DNA of 64,000 nt, taken from positions 2,690,918 to 2,754,917 of the forward strand of contig OZ241903.1 in NCBI GenBank assembly GCA_965203635.1, in the 5' to 3' direction. Positions 25,637 to 37,450 of this stretch are shown here, piece after piece. Made by a program: the position numbers and the translations under genes. The first letter of the stretch is position 1; every line of letters starts with the position of its first letter. The notes beneath the pieces are model-generated. The model was given only the letters and a program-made list of their open reading frames with translations. It ran no database searches and had not been told where the DNA came from. This DNA comes from Candidatus Aldehydirespirator sp. (GTDB lineage: Bacteria; Actinomycetota; Acidimicrobiia; Acidimicrobiales; Aldehydirespiratoraceae).

Positions 25637-26395
25637 GGCAAGGTGGCGCTGATCACTGGGACGGCCAGCGGCATCGGGCGTGCCACCGCGCTGCGGTTCG
25701 CTGAGGAGGGCGCCCGGGTGGTGGCGGCGGACATCGTCGAGGCCAACGACGAGACGGTCGAGATGATCCGGGCGGCCGGGGGCGAGGCCACCGCGGTCCA
25801 TGCCGATGTGTCCGACGACGCCGAGGTTGCGCTGGCGGTGAAGACTGCGGAGGCCACCTACGGGCGGTTGGACATCGCCTTCAACAATGCCGGGATCATG
25901 CTGGCCGACGACGCCGACGCCATGGCCACGAGCGAGGAGACCATCGACAAGACCCTGGCCGTGAACCTGAAGGGCGTGCTGTACGGCTGCCGCCACCAGA
26001 TCCCGGCCATGCGCCGGGCCGGCGGGGGCTCGATCATCAACACCGCTTCGTTCGTGGCCTCGGTGGGCGCGGCCACGCCTCAGATCGCCTACACCGCCTC
26101 CAAGGGGGCGGTGCTGTCGCTGACCCGCGAGCTGGCGGTGATCCACGCCCGGGAGAACATCAGGGTCAACGCGCTGTCGCCTGGACCGCTGCGCACCGAG
26201 CTGCTGATGTCGTACCTCGACACCGACGAGAAGCGTCAGCGCCGCTTGGTGCACGTGCCCATGGGCCGCTTCGGCGAGGCCACCGAGATGGCTTCGGCCG
26301 CCCTGTTCCTGGCCTCCGACGACTCGTCGTACATGACCGGCGCCAACCTCCTGGTCGACGGCGGCCTGACCGCCGCCTACGTCACCCCCGAGTAG
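25625..26395 (+). CDS. SDR family oxidoreductase (glucose 1-dehydrogenase-like)
   Basis: VALITGTASGIGRATA, NNAG, YTASKGAV, and a C-terminal LLVDGG. Confidence 0.9.
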   Translation: MRLEGKVALITGTASGIGRATALRFAEEGARVVAADIVEANDETVEMIRAAGGEATAVHADVSDDAEVALAVKTAEATYGRLDIAFNNAGIMLADDADAMATSEETIDKTLAVNLKGVLYGCRHQIPAMRRAGGGSIINTASFVASVGAATPQIAYTASKGAVLSLTRELAVIHARENIRVNALSPGPLRTELLMSYLDTDEKRQRRLVHVPMGRFGEATEMASAALFLASDDSSYMTGANLLVDGGLTAAYVTPE

Positions 26396-26413
26396 GCCCA
26401 GGCCGCCCCCTCG

Positions 26414-26553
26414 CCCATCCCACCTCAAATCTCGGGTTTGTATTGCGCACCAGGCCCACAGAACCAACCCGAGATTGACCGGGCCCATCCCTCCCCAAAT
26501 CTCGGGTTTGTCTTGTGCACCAGGCCCACAGAACCAACCCGAGATTGACCGGG
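26414..26553 (-). repeat. Family A palindromic element, two tandem 70-nt copies
   Basis: CCCATCCC(A/T)CC(T/C)CAAATCTCGGGTTTGT(A/C)TTG(C/T)GCACCAGGCCCACAGAACCAACCCGAGATTGACCGGG occurs twice. The core arms AATCTCGGGTT/AACCCGAGATT are perfect. Confidence 0.9.
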
Positions 26554-26581
26554 CGGGCGGGCAGGACGGACCGCGGCGGCG

Positions 26582-27694
26582 CTAACGAGGTTCGCGGGGT
26601 AGGCCGAGGATGCGTTCGGCGATGATGTTGCGCATGATGGCTGACGTACCGCCCTGGATGGTGTAGGCGGGGGCGTAGCAGACGGCGGTGGGCACGGCGT
26701 CGCCCACGGTGGCGGCCGGGCCCAGCACCCGGGCCGCGAACTCGGCCACCCGCTGCTCGTGCTCGGTGCAGAAGGCCTTGGTGCCTGCGCTGTAGTCGGC
26801 GGAGCCCTCGCCCAGCGCGCCCCGGTACACCATGAGCCGCCCCAGCCGGTAGCCGGTCTCGATGGCCGCGATCTCCTGGCGGGTCAGGGAATCAGTGAGA
26901 TCGGCGTGCTCGAGGGCCAGGTCGTACAGGGGCCGGTTGGACACCAGCCGGTCGATGCCTCCCCGCTCGTAGCCGAGCTGGATCATGGTCTGCTTGAACG
27001 CCCCGCCCTCGGTGCCCACGAGGTTGGTGACCGGCACTTGCACGTCGGTGAAGAAGATCTCGCAGAAGTGCGAGTTGCCGACCATGTCGCGCACCGGCCG
27101 TACCTCGATGCCGTCGAGGTCCATGGGCACGATCAGCTCGCTCAGGCCCCGATGGGGAGGACCCTCGCGGCTGGTGCGGCAGATCACGTAGCAGTACTCG
27201 GCGCTGGCCGCGCCGCTGGTCCAGATCTTCTGGCCGTTGACGACGTAGTGGTCGCCGTCACGGTCCGCGGAGGTCTTGAGCGAGGCCAGGTCGGAGCCGG
27301 CGTCGGGCTCGCTCATCCCGATGCACCAGGACGTCTCCCCCGACAGCATCCCGGGCAGGAACGCGGCTTTCTGGGCCTCGGTGCCGTATGTGTAGATGGA
27401 GGGGCCCATCTGGCGGTCGGCGAACCAGCTGGCCGCGATGGGTGCGCCCGCGCTGATCATCTCCTCGGCCATGATGATGCGCTCGATCCCGGGCCGCCCT
27501 CCCCCGCCGTACTCGGCCGGCCAGGTCATGCCGATGAAGCCCTCGGCCGCCAGCACCTTGGAAAACTGCTTGGAGTGCCCGTTGATCCACGAGTCGCTCC
27601 ACCGGCCGTAGTCGGCCACGCCCTGCTCGGCCACGGCCCGAGCCCGGGCCCGCAGCGCCTCCCACTCGGGGCGCATGGAGAAGTCGAGGCTCAC
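26582..27694 (-). CDS. Acyl-CoA dehydrogenase
   Basis: ACAD pattern: GFIGMTWPAEYGGGG, WCIGMSEPDAGSDLASL, QKIWTSGA, and a C-terminal YTIQGGTSAIMRNIIAERILGLP. The start is set at GTG 27694 (VSLDFSMRPEW, GTGA overlap with the upstream stop). ATG 27676 is an alternative. Confidence 0.85.
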   Translation of the reverse strand: MSLDFSMRPEWEALRARARAVAEQGVADYGRWSDSWINGHSKQFSKVLAAEGFIGMTWPAEYGGGGRPGIERIIMAEEMISAGAPIAASWFADRQMGPSIYTYGTEAQKAAFLPGMLSGETSWCIGMSEPDAGSDLASLKTSADRDGDHYVVNGQKIWTSGAASAEYCYVICRTSREGPPHRGLSELIVPMDLDGIEVRPVRDMVGNSHFCEIFFTDVQVPVTNLVGTEGGAFKQTMIQLGYERGGIDRLVSNRPLYDLALEHADLTDSLTRQEIAAIETGYRLGRLMVYRGALGEGSADYSAGTKAFCTEHEQRVAEFAARVLGPAATVGDAVPTAVCYAPAYTIQGGTSAIMRNIIAERILGLPREPR

Positions 27695-28707
27695 GACAGC
27701 CTGTATATCCGGGTGGCGGTGCCCGAGAACAGATCCTCCTGCTCGGCGTGGCTGTAGCCGGCGGCCATGATCTGGAGCGCGTTCCACAGCACCGGGTAAG
27801 GCAGCGTCTGGCGGTCGACCGGGAAGTTGGACTCGAACATGCACCGCTCGGGGCCGAAGGAGTCGATGCAGAACCGCACGTCGTCGCCCCAGTGCGCGGC
27901 CACCTCCTCGGAGCCCGGCGGTGCGTCCCGTTTCGTCCAGCCCATTCCGTAGTACATGTCCATGCCGATGCCGCCCACCTTGAGCACCACGTTTCCGCAG
28001 CCCGCTACCAGCCGCACCGATGCCCTCCAGTCGGCCCGGACCCGGTCGCCGTCATGGCGGTAGGGGCCGATCCTGAGCGGTCCGCCCAGATGGTTGAGCA
28101 CGATCGTCAACTCGGGCACGGCCTCGGCCAGCGCGACCAGTTCCGGAAGCTGGGGGTGGTACAGCCAGGCGTCGAAGCTGAACCCCATCGCCGCCAGCCG
28201 CCGGGCCCCGGCCCGGAACTCCGATGCGCTCATCATGTGCTCGAAGGGGTTGCTGTGGCTGTTGTGGACGTCGTCGCTGGCGTCCCAGCCGGTGGCGTGG
28301 CGGATCCCCCGGAACCGGCCCCCACCGGCGGCGTCGTGGGCGGCCAGGACCTCCTCGACCGCGTCACCGAGCATTAGATCGGCGTGTCCGACGATCCCCG
28401 CGATGGTCGGACCGCCCGCGGCATCGAGCGCTTCGGCTTGGCCGGCCACGAACCTGGTCTCCCCCACCGGCTTCAGGTGCTCGGCGCAGCCGGTGTCGTA
28501 GTTCGACATGCAGTCGACGAACACCGTCTTGACGACGTTGTGGCTGCCGGTCAGATCCTCCAGCAGCTCGGCCGCCAGATAGGTGCCCAGACCTCCCCGC
28601 CATTGATGACCGTCCCACAGATGGTGGTGCGGATCGACGATCACCCGGCCCGGGTCGACAGCATCCTCATGCCGCAGCGCCAGCCACTCGGTGCGGTTCA
28701 GGTCCAT
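27691..28707 (-). CDS. Amidohydrolase-2 family metal-dependent hydrolase (lactonase/decarboxylase-like)
   Basis: IVDPHHHLWD metal motif, VLNHLGGP, and ESNFPVD near the C-terminus. Confidence 0.85.
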   Translation of the reverse strand: MDLNRTEWLALRHEDAVDPGRVIVDPHHHLWDGHQWRGGLGTYLAAELLEDLTGSHNVVKTVFVDCMSNYDTGCAEHLKPVGETRFVAGQAEALDAAGGPTIAGIVGHADLMLGDAVEEVLAAHDAAGGGRFRGIRHATGWDASDDVHNSHSNPFEHMMSASEFRAGARRLAAMGFSFDAWLYHPQLPELVALAEAVPELTIVLNHLGGPLRIGPYRHDGDRVRADWRASVRLVAGCGNVVLKVGGIGMDMYYGMGWTKRDAPPGSEEVAAHWGDDVRFCIDSFGPERCMFESNFPVDRQTLPYPVLWNALQIMAAGYSHAEQEDLFSGTATRIYRLS

Positions 28708-28736
28708 CCAGCCCTCCTAGGGCGTGATCGGACGGG

Positions 28737-29930
28737 TCAGCTGCCCGAACCGCTCCAGGCGGCCCGGGGCAGTTGCTTCTCCTTGTCGACGAACGGGAGG
28801 GTGTCGACGGTGGATTCGTGGGGCTTTCCGTCGCGGTCGTGCAGCCAAACCGTCTTGCCGTTCCAGTCGTCGCCTGCCAGGGGCTGGTCGAAGCGCACGT
28901 AGCCGATCCCGGCGTCGAGCGTCGGCGACCACGACCCGGAGGTCATGTGGCCGACCGGGCCGTCATCGAAATGGACGCGCATGTCGGCCTCGGGCGTGGC
29001 GGTGGAGCACACCAGGCCGAACAGCAGCTGGCTGCGATCAGCGGTCTCCAACGCCGCCCGGCCGATGAAGTCGCCCTTGTCGAGCTTGACGAACTGCCCG
29101 AGGCCGGCCGCGTAGGGCGTCAACCCGGGCTCGATGTCGGTGCCGTTGTCGAGGATCCCCGACTCGATGCGCCGCAGACCCATCGACGACGACGAGCTGA
29201 ACTCCATCCCGAAGGGCTCCCCGCAGGCGAGCAGGCCGTCCCAGAGGGCGTCGTGGTCGGTGGGCTCCGGGCCGCTGTTGCAGTAGATCTCGATCCCCGC
29301 CTCCCCCGTCCACCCGGTGCGGGACACCCACAGCCGCTGCCCGCAGACGTCGAAGAAGCCGGCGTGGAAGTACTTGAAGTCCTCCGACAGCCCGCCGCCG
29401 ATGGCCGCGTCGAGCACATGGAGCGACTTCGGTCCCTGGATCTGCAGCACCCGCGAATCCGGGTCCGAGACCCTGACGTCGCGACCGATGGCGTTGGCCT
29501 CTAGCCAGCTCTGGAACTCGCCGTTGGCCTTGACGTACCAGAACCGGTCACCGGCCAGCCGCATCACCACCCCGTCCATCAGGACGGTGCCGTCGGAATG
29601 GCAGGCCAGGCCGTAGCGGGCCCGCCCGACCGGGAGCGCCTCGATCCGGCAGGTGAGGACCTTCTCGAGCAGCCGGCTCGCATCGGGGCCGACGATCTCC
29701 AGCGGCTTCTCCGGGACGTCGTACAGCATGACGCCGCGGCGCAGCTTCCAGTAGTTGGGGACGGGGTCCTCGTCGGCGGTCATCTTCACCGCGTAGAGGC
29801 GGTCGCAGTACAGGCAGAAGATCGTCTCATCGGTCACGTAGCGGTGGGCGAACGGGGACTGCCCGATGCGGAACGCGCTCAGCTCGACCGTGCCGAACGA
29901 CTCGATGTAGTAGTGCCTGTCAATGGTCAT
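28737..29930 (-). CDS. Aminomethyltransferase (GcvT) family protein, probably a tetrahydrofolate-dependent demethylase
   Basis: GcvT fold: LEIVGPDASRLLEKV, LQIQGPKS, VSRTGWTGEAGIEIY, RIESGILDNGTD, and a C-terminal barrel GHMTSGSWSPTLDAGIGYV. The start is taken at MTIDRHYY (29930). Confidence 0.85.
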   Translation of the reverse strand: MTIDRHYYIESFGTVELSAFRIGQSPFAHRYVTDETIFCLYCDRLYAVKMTADEDPVPNYWKLRRGVMLYDVPEKPLEIVGPDASRLLEKVLTCRIEALPVGRARYGLACHSDGTVLMDGVVMRLAGDRFWYVKANGEFQSWLEANAIGRDVRVSDPDSRVLQIQGPKSLHVLDAAIGGGLSEDFKYFHAGFFDVCGQRLWVSRTGWTGEAGIEIYCNSGPEPTDHDALWDGLLACGEPFGMEFSSSSSMGLRRIESGILDNGTDIEPGLTPYAAGLGQFVKLDKGDFIGRAALETADRSQLLFGLVCSTATPEADMRVHFDDGPVGHMTSGSWSPTLDAGIGYVRFDQPLAGDDWNGKTVWLHDRDGKPHESTVDTLPFVDKEKQLPRAAWSGSGS

Positions 29931-29991
29931 CGATACCTCAAGCGCTGGGCGGGCCGGCTCAGGGTAGCCACCCAACCCGTGTGCAACGATT

Positions 29992-31341
29992 GTGGGCATG
30001 GTCGACACCGCGCCCCCGGACGAGGCCGAGATTCTCGGCACGGCGGTCACCGCCTCGGGCCTGGCTGCGGAGGCCCCGGTGCGGATCCCGGTGCAGCGCT
30101 ACATCTCGGCCGGGTTCGCCGAGTTGGAGCATGAGCGGCTGTGGCCCAGGGTGTGGCATGTGGCCTGCACCGTCGACCACGTCGCCAGCCCTGGCGACTG
30201 GTTCGAGCACCGGCTGGGCCGGTACTCGGTGCTGCTGGTGCGGGGCGACGACGGTGTGCTGCGGGGCTTCCAGAACGTCTGCCGCCACCGGGGCAACACC
30301 ATCTGCCAAGGATCCGGCCATGGTGCGACCGAGCTGCGCTGCCCGTATCACCGGTGGGCGTGGGATCTGGCCGGACGGCTGCGCGAGGTTCCGTCGCGGC
30401 GGGGCTTCGGGCCGCTGCGCAACGACGACCTCGGGCTGGTGCCGGTGCGGGTGGACACCTGGGCCCGTCTGGTGTTCGTGAACCTGGACCTCGACGCCGA
30501 GCCGCTGGACGACTGGCTGGAGGGCGTCCCCGACGACATCGCCTGGGCCAACCTGGACGAGTTCCGGTGCGACTACTCGACCGTCACCCCGGTCAACAGC
30601 AACTGGAAGGTGGTCAACGACGGCTTCTCGGAGACCTACCACGTGCAGGGCCTGCACCGCGAGATGCTGGCCAGCATCGACGATGTCAACGCTCCCCAGC
30701 AGATCTGGAACCGCCACAGCGCCTCATACCAGCGCTACGGCGTGCCCAGCCCCCGCCTGGGCCGCAACGTCGACGACCAGGCGGTTTGGGACTCTTTCGT
30801 CATCACCGAGGGCGGGCGGATGGGGCCGGCCTACCGCGAGCCCTGCGACGCCCCTGACGTCCGTGACGGCCGGACCCTCCAGGACGTGATCGCCCAGAAG
30901 ATCCGCGACCACCAGGCCACCCTCGGAGTGGACTTGTCGCCCTACGACACCCACCAGATCATGAGCCTCAGCCAGTACAACCTGTTCCCCAACGCCACCG
31001 TGCTGGTCAGCGCTGACCTGTTCACCGTGATGACCGCCCGACCCGGCCCCAGCCCCGACGAGGGCGAGCTGGCCGTCATCAACCTGCGCCGGATGCCGTC
31101 GGCCGACGCTGCGGCCCCGCCGCCGGTGCATGTCACCGTGCCCATGGACCAGGCCGACTTCGGGTTCGTGCTCAATCAGGACCTGAGCGTGATCCGCACC
31201 ATGCAGGCCGGCCTTCACCAGCCGGGCTGCACTCATGTGCTGCTGTCGGGCGAGGAGTGCCGCATCATCAACATGAACCGCCACCTGGAGCTCTACCTGG
31301 GCCTGCAACCCGGCGGCTGGGAGCCCGTCCCGGCCGAGTGA
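29992..31341 (+). CDS. Rieske [2Fe-2S] aromatic-ring-hydroxylating/demethylating oxygenase, alpha subunit
   Basis: Rieske motif CRHRGNTICQGSGHGATELRCPYHRWAW and the mononuclear-iron motif NDGFSETYHVQGLH. It is divergent from the GcvT-like gene. No reductase or ferredoxin gene is adjacent. Confidence 0.85.
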   Translation: MGMVDTAPPDEAEILGTAVTASGLAAEAPVRIPVQRYISAGFAELEHERLWPRVWHVACTVDHVASPGDWFEHRLGRYSVLLVRGDDGVLRGFQNVCRHRGNTICQGSGHGATELRCPYHRWAWDLAGRLREVPSRRGFGPLRNDDLGLVPVRVDTWARLVFVNLDLDAEPLDDWLEGVPDDIAWANLDEFRCDYSTVTPVNSNWKVVNDGFSETYHVQGLHREMLASIDDVNAPQQIWNRHSASYQRYGVPSPRLGRNVDDQAVWDSFVITEGGRMGPAYREPCDAPDVRDGRTLQDVIAQKIRDHQATLGVDLSPYDTHQIMSLSQYNLFPNATVLVSADLFTVMTARPGPSPDEGELAVINLRRMPSADAAAPPPVHVTVPMDQADFGFVLNQDLSVIRTMQAGLHQPGCTHVLLSGEECRIINMNRHLELYLGLQPGGWEPVPAE

Positions 31342-31363
31342 GCCGTCCGGCACGGCCAGCTCG

Positions 31364-32530
31364 TCAGTACGGGATCAGCGCCATCGGGAAGGTGTCGAGC
31401 AGTTCGGTGCCGTCGCTGGTCACGTAGACCTGGTTCTCGAGCTTCACGCCCTCGTGCCCGTCCGGCTCGCCCACGAATACCTCCAGGCACATGACCACGC
31501 CGTCCTCGATGACACCGTCGTAGCCGTAGGCGTCCCAGTCCTCGATGTCGTAGATCATCGGGTACTCGGTCGACAGGCCCAGGCCGTGGGCGATGTCCGC
31601 GTACCGGTTGGCCAGGTAGGGCTCAGGCAGCTGGTAGCTGCGCTGGGCGAACTCCCTGAACGTCAGGCCGGGTTGGAGGAGGGCGCGGTTGTGGGCGAGG
31701 ACGTCGCGGGCGAGGCCGTGCAGTGAGCGCTGCTGCGCGGTCGGCTCGCGGCCCGGTGTGACCCAGGCGCGGGACATGTCGCACGCGTAGCCGTAGGGGC
31801 CGATCAGGTCGGTGTCGAAGCTGACGAGATCGCCGGCCTCGATCATCCGGTGGGAGCACTCCGCGAACCACGGGTTGGTGCGGGGCCCGCTCGACAGCAG
31901 CCGGGTCTCGACCCACTCTCCGCCGCGGGCGATGTTGCCGGCCTGCAGGTACGCCCATAGCTGGGCCTCGGTGATCCCGGGCTCCAGCGCCCGCCACATC
32001 TCCTGCATGGCCTGCTGGGTGCTGTGGACGGCCCGGCGCATGGCCACGATCTCCTCGGGATGCTTGCGGTAGCGGGCCAGCTCGGCGAAGCGCATGGTCG
32101 CGATGGGCGTGAGGCCGCGGCGCTCCAGGGCGGCGAGCCCGAGCCCCTCGCACTTGTCGAGGGCAATGCGCCGGCTGCCTCCGCCGTGCAGCCGGACGAG
32201 GTCGGCGATCTCTGCGGCCCATCGGTCGGCTGCCTCTGCTTCTCGGGGGCCGTTCTCGAAGTAGAACCAGCCGGTCGCGGGCCTGACCTCGTCGATCAGC
32301 GGCAGGTGGTCGCTGAGGTGGTCGCAGCGGGCCAGGTCGAACAGGACTACGGGGCCGTCGGTGGCGACGAAGGCGTAGCGCACCGGGTTGTGGGTGGTCC
32401 ACACCTGCATGTTGGTGGCGTCGACGGCGTACCGGATGTTGAGCGGGTCGAACAGCACGATGCCGGCCACATCCTCGGCCTCGAGTTGCTTGCGGAGCTG
32501 CTGGAGCCGCCACGAGCGAACGGCGTCCAT
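31364..32530 (-). CDS. M24 family metallohydrolase (creatinase/Xaa-Pro peptidase/ectoine-hydrolase-like)
   Basis: Creatinase-type N-domain followed by a pita-bread fold (DLVSFDTDLIGPYGYACDMSR, AHGLGLS, MCLEVFVGE). The start is taken at MDAVRSW (32530). Confidence 0.8.
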   Translation of the reverse strand: MDAVRSWRLQQLRKQLEAEDVAGIVLFDPLNIRYAVDATNMQVWTTHNPVRYAFVATDGPVVLFDLARCDHLSDHLPLIDEVRPATGWFYFENGPREAEAADRWAAEIADLVRLHGGGSRRIALDKCEGLGLAALERRGLTPIATMRFAELARYRKHPEEIVAMRRAVHSTQQAMQEMWRALEPGITEAQLWAYLQAGNIARGGEWVETRLLSSGPRTNPWFAECSHRMIEAGDLVSFDTDLIGPYGYACDMSRAWVTPGREPTAQQRSLHGLARDVLAHNRALLQPGLTFREFAQRSYQLPEPYLANRYADIAHGLGLSTEYPMIYDIEDWDAYGYDGVIEDGVVMCLEVFVGEPDGHEGVKLENQVYVTSDGTELLDTFPMALIPY

Positions 32531-32618
32531 GTCGGGGCCCGCAGTCCCGCAGCCTCCCACTCAGCCACCGCGGGATTGGACTCAGCCCCGGGATCGATGT
32601 CGAGCACGGAACCGCCGG

Positions 32619-33422
32619 TCATCGGATGGCGAGGCGTAGCGTTAGTTCGTAGATGCCGTCGCCTAGCCACTTGCGGACGAACAGGGCCGGTCGGCCCAGC
32701 ATCCCCTTGACATAGCGGCGGCGCGGCTTGCCGGTGGTCGCCGCCTCTACGAACACCTCGGCCTTGGTGCCGCGGTCCTTGACACGGCCGTCGTCCCTCA
32801 TCTTGAGGAGCGGCGCTACCTGAGCCCGGTAGGCGCCGTCGCCGTACTTCCTCAGCTGCTCGGCGGCCACGTCGCCGAAGTCGGTCCTGATGAGGCCCGG
32901 CTGGACGAGGACGACCTGGATGTTGAACGGCGCGGCCTCGAGGCGCAGGCAGTCCGACCAGCCCTCCAGGGCGTGCTTGGTGGCGTGGTACCACGACCCG
33001 AAGGGCGAGAAGACCTTGCCCCCGACCGAGGAGATGTTCACGATGCGGCCCGAGCCCTGCGCCCTCATGTGGGGCATCACGAGCTGGGTGAGGTGGGCCA
33101 CGCCGAACAGGTTCACCTCGAACTGGTACCTGGCGTCGTCGAGCGGGATCTCCTCGACCGGCCCGTACAGGCCGAAGCCCGCGTTGTTGATCAGCACGTC
33201 GATGCGTCCGGTGGCATCGACGATCTGGTTCACGACCCGCTCGTTGTCGTCGCTGTTGGTGACGTCCAGCTCGACCGGAGTGACACCGTGGTCGGCCAGG
33301 TCCGCCATGCGGTCCATGCGGCGGGCGCCGGCGTAGACCCGGTGGCCGCCCCTGGCCAGCAGGATGGCGGCCTCGCGCCCCATGCCCGCCGATGCTCCGG
33401 TGATCAGTACAACCTTGCTCAT
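32619..33422 (-). CDS. SDR family oxidoreductase
   Basis: VVLITGASAGMGREAA, NNAG, YHATKHAL. Confidence 0.9.
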   Translation of the reverse strand: MSKVVLITGASAGMGREAAILLARGGHRVYAGARRMDRMADLADHGVTPVELDVTNSDDNERVVNQIVDATGRIDVLINNAGFGLYGPVEEIPLDDARYQFEVNLFGVAHLTQLVMPHMRAQGSGRIVNISSVGGKVFSPFGSWYHATKHALEGWSDCLRLEAAPFNIQVVLVQPGLIRTDFGDVAAEQLRKYGDGAYRAQVAPLLKMRDDGRVKDRGTKAEVFVEAATTGKPRRRYVKGMLGRPALFVRKWLGDGIYELTLRLAIR

Positions 33423-33474
33423 TGCTTCGCTCCTGATGAACGAGGCTCGCAGCCTCTACCCTGCCGGGCACTCT

Positions 33475-34446
33475 ATGGAGACCGATGACGCCGCCATCCA
33501 CGACGACGGTTTCCGGCTGGCCAACGGCCTGGGCGGCGAGGCGCTGACGATCCCGTCGGCCAACCCCAGGAACTTCCATCAGGCCATCTCCGACACCGGC
33601 GCCATGCCGGGCCAGGACCTGCGGGCCAAGCTGTTCCTGCCCGAGGGACCGGGGCCGTTCCCGGTGGTGATCATCGCTCCGGGCAGTCTCGGGCTCCAGC
33701 ATCACCACATGGCCATCGCGGCGGCCGTCACCGACGCCGCCATCGCGGCCTGCGCCATCGACCCGTTCAGCACCCGGCGGGTCGTCACCACCGTCCACAA
33801 CCAGGTCCAGTTCTCGTTCGCGGCCAGCGCCTGGGACGTTCTCGCCGCGGCCGGGGTCCTCGCGGCCCGCCCCGACATCGACCCGGCCCGGATCGGCGCC
33901 CAGGGCCACAGCCGGGGCGGCTCGGCCGTGCTGAACGCGGCGTCGGTGCATTTGGCCGCGGCCGCCGGCGACCCCAAGCTGGTCGGGGTGTACGCCGCCT
34001 ACCCCTGGTCGGGGCAGCAGTTCCTCGATCCCGACGTGGGTGCCACCCGGGTCCGGGCCATCATCGGCGACCGCGACGACTGGTGCCCGCCGGTGCAGGT
34101 CCAGGCCCACATCCAGGCCATACGGGCCTCCGGGGGCGACGCAACGGTGCGGATCGTGCCCGGCGCCAACCACAGCTTCGACCGCACAACCCCCCTGGAG
34201 CACATACCCGAGGCCTCAGTCACACCGGGGGCGCCAACCGTCTACATAGCCGACGACGGCGCCTTCATCCTCCCCACCTCCGACGAGCCCGATCCCGATC
34301 TGGTCGACCGCGACGGCTTCCTCTACGCCATCGAGGCCGGTTTCGGGGTGCGCGGCGCCCACATCTCCGGCAACCCCGAACTCGTGCCGCTCTTCTACGA
34401 GGACATGATGGCGTTCTGGACCGATGTCATGTCACCGGCCCCGTGA
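33475..34446 (+). CDS. Alpha/beta hydrolase (dienelactone hydrolase family)
   Basis: PVVIIAPGSLG, nucleophile elbow GAQGHSRGGS, and DRDDW...NHSF late in the protein. The start is uncertain (ATG 33475 or ATG 33436). Confidence 0.7.
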   Translation: METDDAAIHDDGFRLANGLGGEALTIPSANPRNFHQAISDTGAMPGQDLRAKLFLPEGPGPFPVVIIAPGSLGLQHHHMAIAAAVTDAAIAACAIDPFSTRRVVTTVHNQVQFSFAASAWDVLAAAGVLAARPDIDPARIGAQGHSRGGSAVLNAASVHLAAAAGDPKLVGVYAAYPWSGQQFLDPDVGATRVRAIIGDRDDWCPPVQVQAHIQAIRASGGDATVRIVPGANHSFDRTTPLEHIPEASVTPGAPTVYIADDGAFILPTSDEPDPDLVDRDGFLYAIEAGFGVRGAHISGNPELVPLFYEDMMAFWTDVMSPAP

Positions 34447-34458
34447 GCCGTCGTCTCA

Positions 34459-34510
34459 CGAAATTGATGACGGATCGGACCGTATAGGTCCAATATCGCC
34501 ATCAATTTGG
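34459..34510 (-). repeat. Family B palindromic intergenic element (inverted orientation)
   Basis: CGAAATTGATGACGGATCGGACCGTATAGGTCCAATATCGCCATCAATTTGG. Its reverse complement aligns position by position with the copy at 21634. Confidence 0.85.
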
Positions 34511-34522
34511 AGTGGATCGATT

Positions 34523-37268
<2,746 letters not shown>

Positions 37269-37354
37269 CGCCCCGGCAGGCCTGAGGCTGGCCCAATCAC
37301 GCGGAAATCGGCGACGATCAGGGCCCTAGTAGGCCGTCCATCGATGTTCGCCGG

Positions 37355-37407
37355 TGTCCGGACGAAAATCTCGGTGCGACTTTTGTGTAGCCACCACACA
37401 ATTTCGT
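37355..37407 (+). repeat. Family A palindromic element, single copy
   Basis: AAAATCTCGGTGCGACTTTTGTGTAGCCACCACACAATTTCGTCCCGAGATCT has nested stems ATCTCGG/CCGAGAT, GAC/GTC and TTGTGT/ACACAA. It lies downstream of katG. Confidence 0.85.
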
Positions 37408-37450
37408 CCCGAGATCTATAGGAGCCGTTGCCGGTGGCACGCCTACCCTT

